The position numbers were made by a program, and so were the translations under genes. Below the pieces are notes generated by a model. The model worked only from the letters and a program-made list of their open reading frames with translations, did not search any database and was not told the DNA's origin. DNA of 64,000 nucleotides, taken from assembly GCA_036558225.1 (NCBI GenBank), contig DATBGA010000121.1, forward strand, positions 4,076-68,075, given 5' to 3'. Positions within the stretch are counted from its first letter, which is position 1; each line of letters opens with the position of its first letter. The DNA is from Candidatus Methylomirabilota bacterium (lineage in GTDB: Bacteria > Methylomirabilota > Methylomirabilia > Rokubacteriales > DASRDR01). This document shows positions 62,034 through 64,000 of the stretch, one piece after another.

Positions 62034-62456
62034 ATGTACTGCGACACCAGCGCCTTGCTCAAGCTCTACCTACCCGAGGACGGCAGCGACGAGTTCAACC
62101 GAGCGGTGCAGGGACGGGTGGACCTCCTCGTGTCCGATCTGGCCGTGACCGAAATCGTCTCCGCCCTGGCGCGTCGATTCCATCAGGGGACTCTGCCGCG
62201 AGACGCGGCCCGCCGCGTGCAACACGCCATCGTCGGCCGCCTCGACGAGGGTGCGTTCCGGCGCGTCGAGCTGACCCGTGACGTGCACCGGCGAGCCGAG
62301 CACTTCCTGCTGAATCTGTCGGCGGCCCCGCTGCGGGCGGCCGACGCTCTGCACCTGGCGCTGGCGACGTCCGGCCGCGCGGCGTCGATGGCATCCTTCG
62401 ACGCGCGCCTGGGCGCCGCGGCCCGCGCGATCGGCCTGGCGACCTACCCGGCATGA
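62034..62456 (+). CDS. vapC: PIN-domain toxin VapC
   Basis: MYCDTSALLKLY (first acidic residue) and AADALHLALA (later acidic residue). It is 140 aa and downstream of the antitoxin. Its stop overlaps the helicase ATG. Confidence 0.8.
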   Translation: MYCDTSALLKLYLPEDGSDEFNRAVQGRVDLLVSDLAVTEIVSALARRFHQGTLPRDAARRVQHAIVGRLDEGAFRRVELTRDVHRRAEHFLLNLSAAPLRAADALHLALATSGRAASMASFDARLGAAARAIGLATYPA

Positions 62457-64000
62457 GCGCCCCGTCGGATCACGCCGCGCGGCGCATCCTCGAGGATCTG
62501 AATCCGGCACAGGTGGAGGCGGTCACGCACGGCCAGGGGCCGCTCCTGATCGTGGCGGGGGCCGGAACGGGCAAGACCAGGGTCCTCACCCGCCGCATCG
62601 CCTATCTCATCGCCACGCGCCGGGCACGCCCGGAGGAGATCCTCGCCCTCACGTTCACCGACAAGGCCGCGCTCGAGATGGAGGAACGCGTCGACGTCCT
62701 GGTCCCCTACGGATACGCCGACGTGCGCATCGCGACCTTTCACGCCTTCGGGGACTGGCTGCTTCGGGAGCACGCCCTCGAGCTCGGGCTGACGCCCGCC
62801 TTCCGGGTCCTGAACCGGGCCGAACAGATCCTGTTCCTCAGGACGCGCCTGTTCGAGCTGCCCCTCGACCAGCTCCGGCCGCTCGGCGATCCGACGCGTC
62901 ACCTCCAGGCACTGACCGGCCTCTTCGGGCGCGCCAAGGACGAGGACGTCACGCCGGAGGCCTACCTCGCCCACGCGGCCGCGCTTTCCGCCGACGCGGC
63001 GGCGCACCCGGAGGACGCGGAGCGGCGCGATCTCGCCACACGCACCCTCGAGCTGGCGCGTACCTACGCCACCTACCGGGACCTCATGGCGCGGGCGGGG
63101 TTCGTCGACTTCGGGGACCAGATCTTCCTGGCGCTTCGACTATTCCGCGAGCGGCCGTACGTCCTCGCGCACTACCAGCGGCGATTCCGCTACGTCCTGG
63201 TCGACGAGTTCCAGGACACGAACCATGCCCAGTTCGAGCTGGTGAAGCTGCTCGCGGCTCGGCACCGGAACGTGACCGTCGTGGGAGACGACGACCAGGC
63301 GATCTTCCGGTTTCGGGGCGCGTCGATGACCAACATCCTCGGCTTCGACGCGACGTATCCGGACGCCCGCCGCGTCGCGCTCGTGCAGAACTACCGCTCG
63401 GGCCAGCTCGTTCTGGACGCCGCTCGGCGGCTCATCGAGCACAATCCCGACCGGCTGGAAGCGGCCCACGGAATCGACAAGCGGCTCGTCGCGGCCGGCG
63501 GCCCGGGATCCTATCCCGTGCACACGGTCTACGAGACGGTGACCCAGGAGGCGGATGCCGTCGCTCGGGCGATCGAGGAGGAGGTGCAGGGCGGGCGGCG
63601 CGCGTACCGGGACTTCGCGATCCTGGTCCGCGCGAACGCCGACGCGGACCCGTTCCTCCGGTCGCTCAACCTGCGGGGAATCCCGTGGACCTTCTCCGGG
63701 AACCAGGGACTGTACGCGCGGCCCGAGGTCCGTCTCTGCATGGCCTTCCTCCGGGTCCTCGCGCGCCCGGACGACTCGGTGAGCCTCTACGCGCTGGCGG
63801 CATCCCGGCTCTTCGGAGTGCCGGCTGTGGACCTCGCCCGATGCGGCGCCCACTCGGACCGGCGGAACCGGTGGCTGTTCGACGTCCTCCGCGGCCTCGA
63901 CGAGACGCCCGAGCTTCGCGCGGCCCTCTCGGCGGAGGGCGCCGAGGCGATCGCGCGCCTGGTGAAGGAGCTGGAGCGGTACTTCGGACTGACCGCGGAG
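62453..64000 (+). CDS. UvrD/Rep/PcrA-family ATP-dependent DNA helicase, 5' part (runs off the window)
   Basis: This ORF is not in the ORF track. I translated it by hand from ATG 62453 to the window end and found no stop in 516 codons. It has motifs AGAGTGKT (I), VDEFQDTN (II), VGDDDQAIFRFRGA (III) and QNYRS (IV). Confidence 0.88.
   Translation, partial: MSAPSDHAARRILEDLNPAQVEAVTHGQGPLLIVAGAGTGKTRVLTRRIAYLIATRRARPEEILALTFTDKAALEMEERVDVLVPYGYADVRIATFHAFGDWLLREHALELGLTPAFRVLNRAEQILFLRTRLFELPLDQLRPLGDPTRHLQALTGLFGRAKDEDVTPEAYLAHAAALSADAAAHPEDAERRDLATRTLELARTYATYRDLMARAGFVDFGDQIFLALRLFRERPYVLAHYQRRFRYVLVDEFQDTNHAQFELVKLLAARHRNVTVVGDDDQAIFRFRGASMTNILGFDATYPDARRVALVQNYRSGQLVLDAARRLIEHNPDRLEAAHGIDKRLVAAGGPGSYPVHTVYETVTQEADAVARAIEEEVQGGRRAYRDFAILVRANADADPFLRSLNLRGIPWTFSGNQGLYARPEVRLCMAFLRVLARPDDSVSLYALAASRLFGVPAVDLARCGAHSDRRNRWLFDVLRGLDETPELRAALSAEGAEAIARLVKELERYFGLTAE

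Overview
High-GC (about 70% by eye) bacterial chromosomal window, densely coding on both strands. I saw no rRNA, tRNA, CRISPR array, transposase or integrase. Many long ORFs in the six-frame track are alternate-frame or antisense artefacts of the GC bias. Genes were called from recognisable protein motifs, G/C third-position bias, Shine-Dalgarno sequences and stop/start coupling.

Layout:
(1) 1-7.2 kb, minus strand: Pup-proteasome locus (arc | dop | prcB-prcA-pafA) with no pup gene in the usual slot.
(2) 7.3-24.9 kb: housekeeping genes. These are a peptide ABC substrate-binding protein, a thioesterase, yebC-ruvCAB, a SpoIID-domain protein, csaA-like, queA-tgt-yajC-secDF, a RelA/SpoT homolog, a small zincin and a YejM-like sulfatase-domain membrane protein.
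(3) 24.9-26.3 kb: a small islet. It holds a PD-(D/E)xK/wHTH/AbiEi-like protein followed by two identical tandem 11-codon ORFs (MAKKKAAKKKK), each with a perfect SD.
(4) 26.3-33.8 kb: rpmB, recG, rsmD, coaD, an aminotransferase, CoA-transferase A/B and a PEP-mutase-family protein.
(5) 33.8-37.7 kb, minus strand: a fused E1-like/YcaO cyclodehydratase translationally coupled to a Cys-free 79-aa helical protein. A ~600-bp palindrome-rich leader and a sulfotransferase lie upstream. This is the best candidate for an undescribed system.
(6) 37.9-48.7 kb: aromatic-acid catabolism. It comprises a 4-hydroxybenzoyl-CoA-reductase-like XDH trimer, a nitroreductase, boxC-boxB without boxA, an XRE-cupin regulator, PhzF-like and PaaK-like ligase.
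(7) 48.8-61.6 kb: two 2-hydroxyacid dehydrogenases, a decayed ligase remnant, a ThiS-like/TtuA pair, MBL hydrolase, 1-Cys peroxiredoxin, HAD hydrolase, a four-GAF hybrid histidine kinase, kdgK-like and ilvE-like.
(8) 61.7-64 kb: Phd/VapC toxin-antitoxin with a perfect 36-bp operator palindrome, then a UvrD-family helicase that runs off the window and is absent from the ORF track.

The lineage cannot be fixed from sequence alone.
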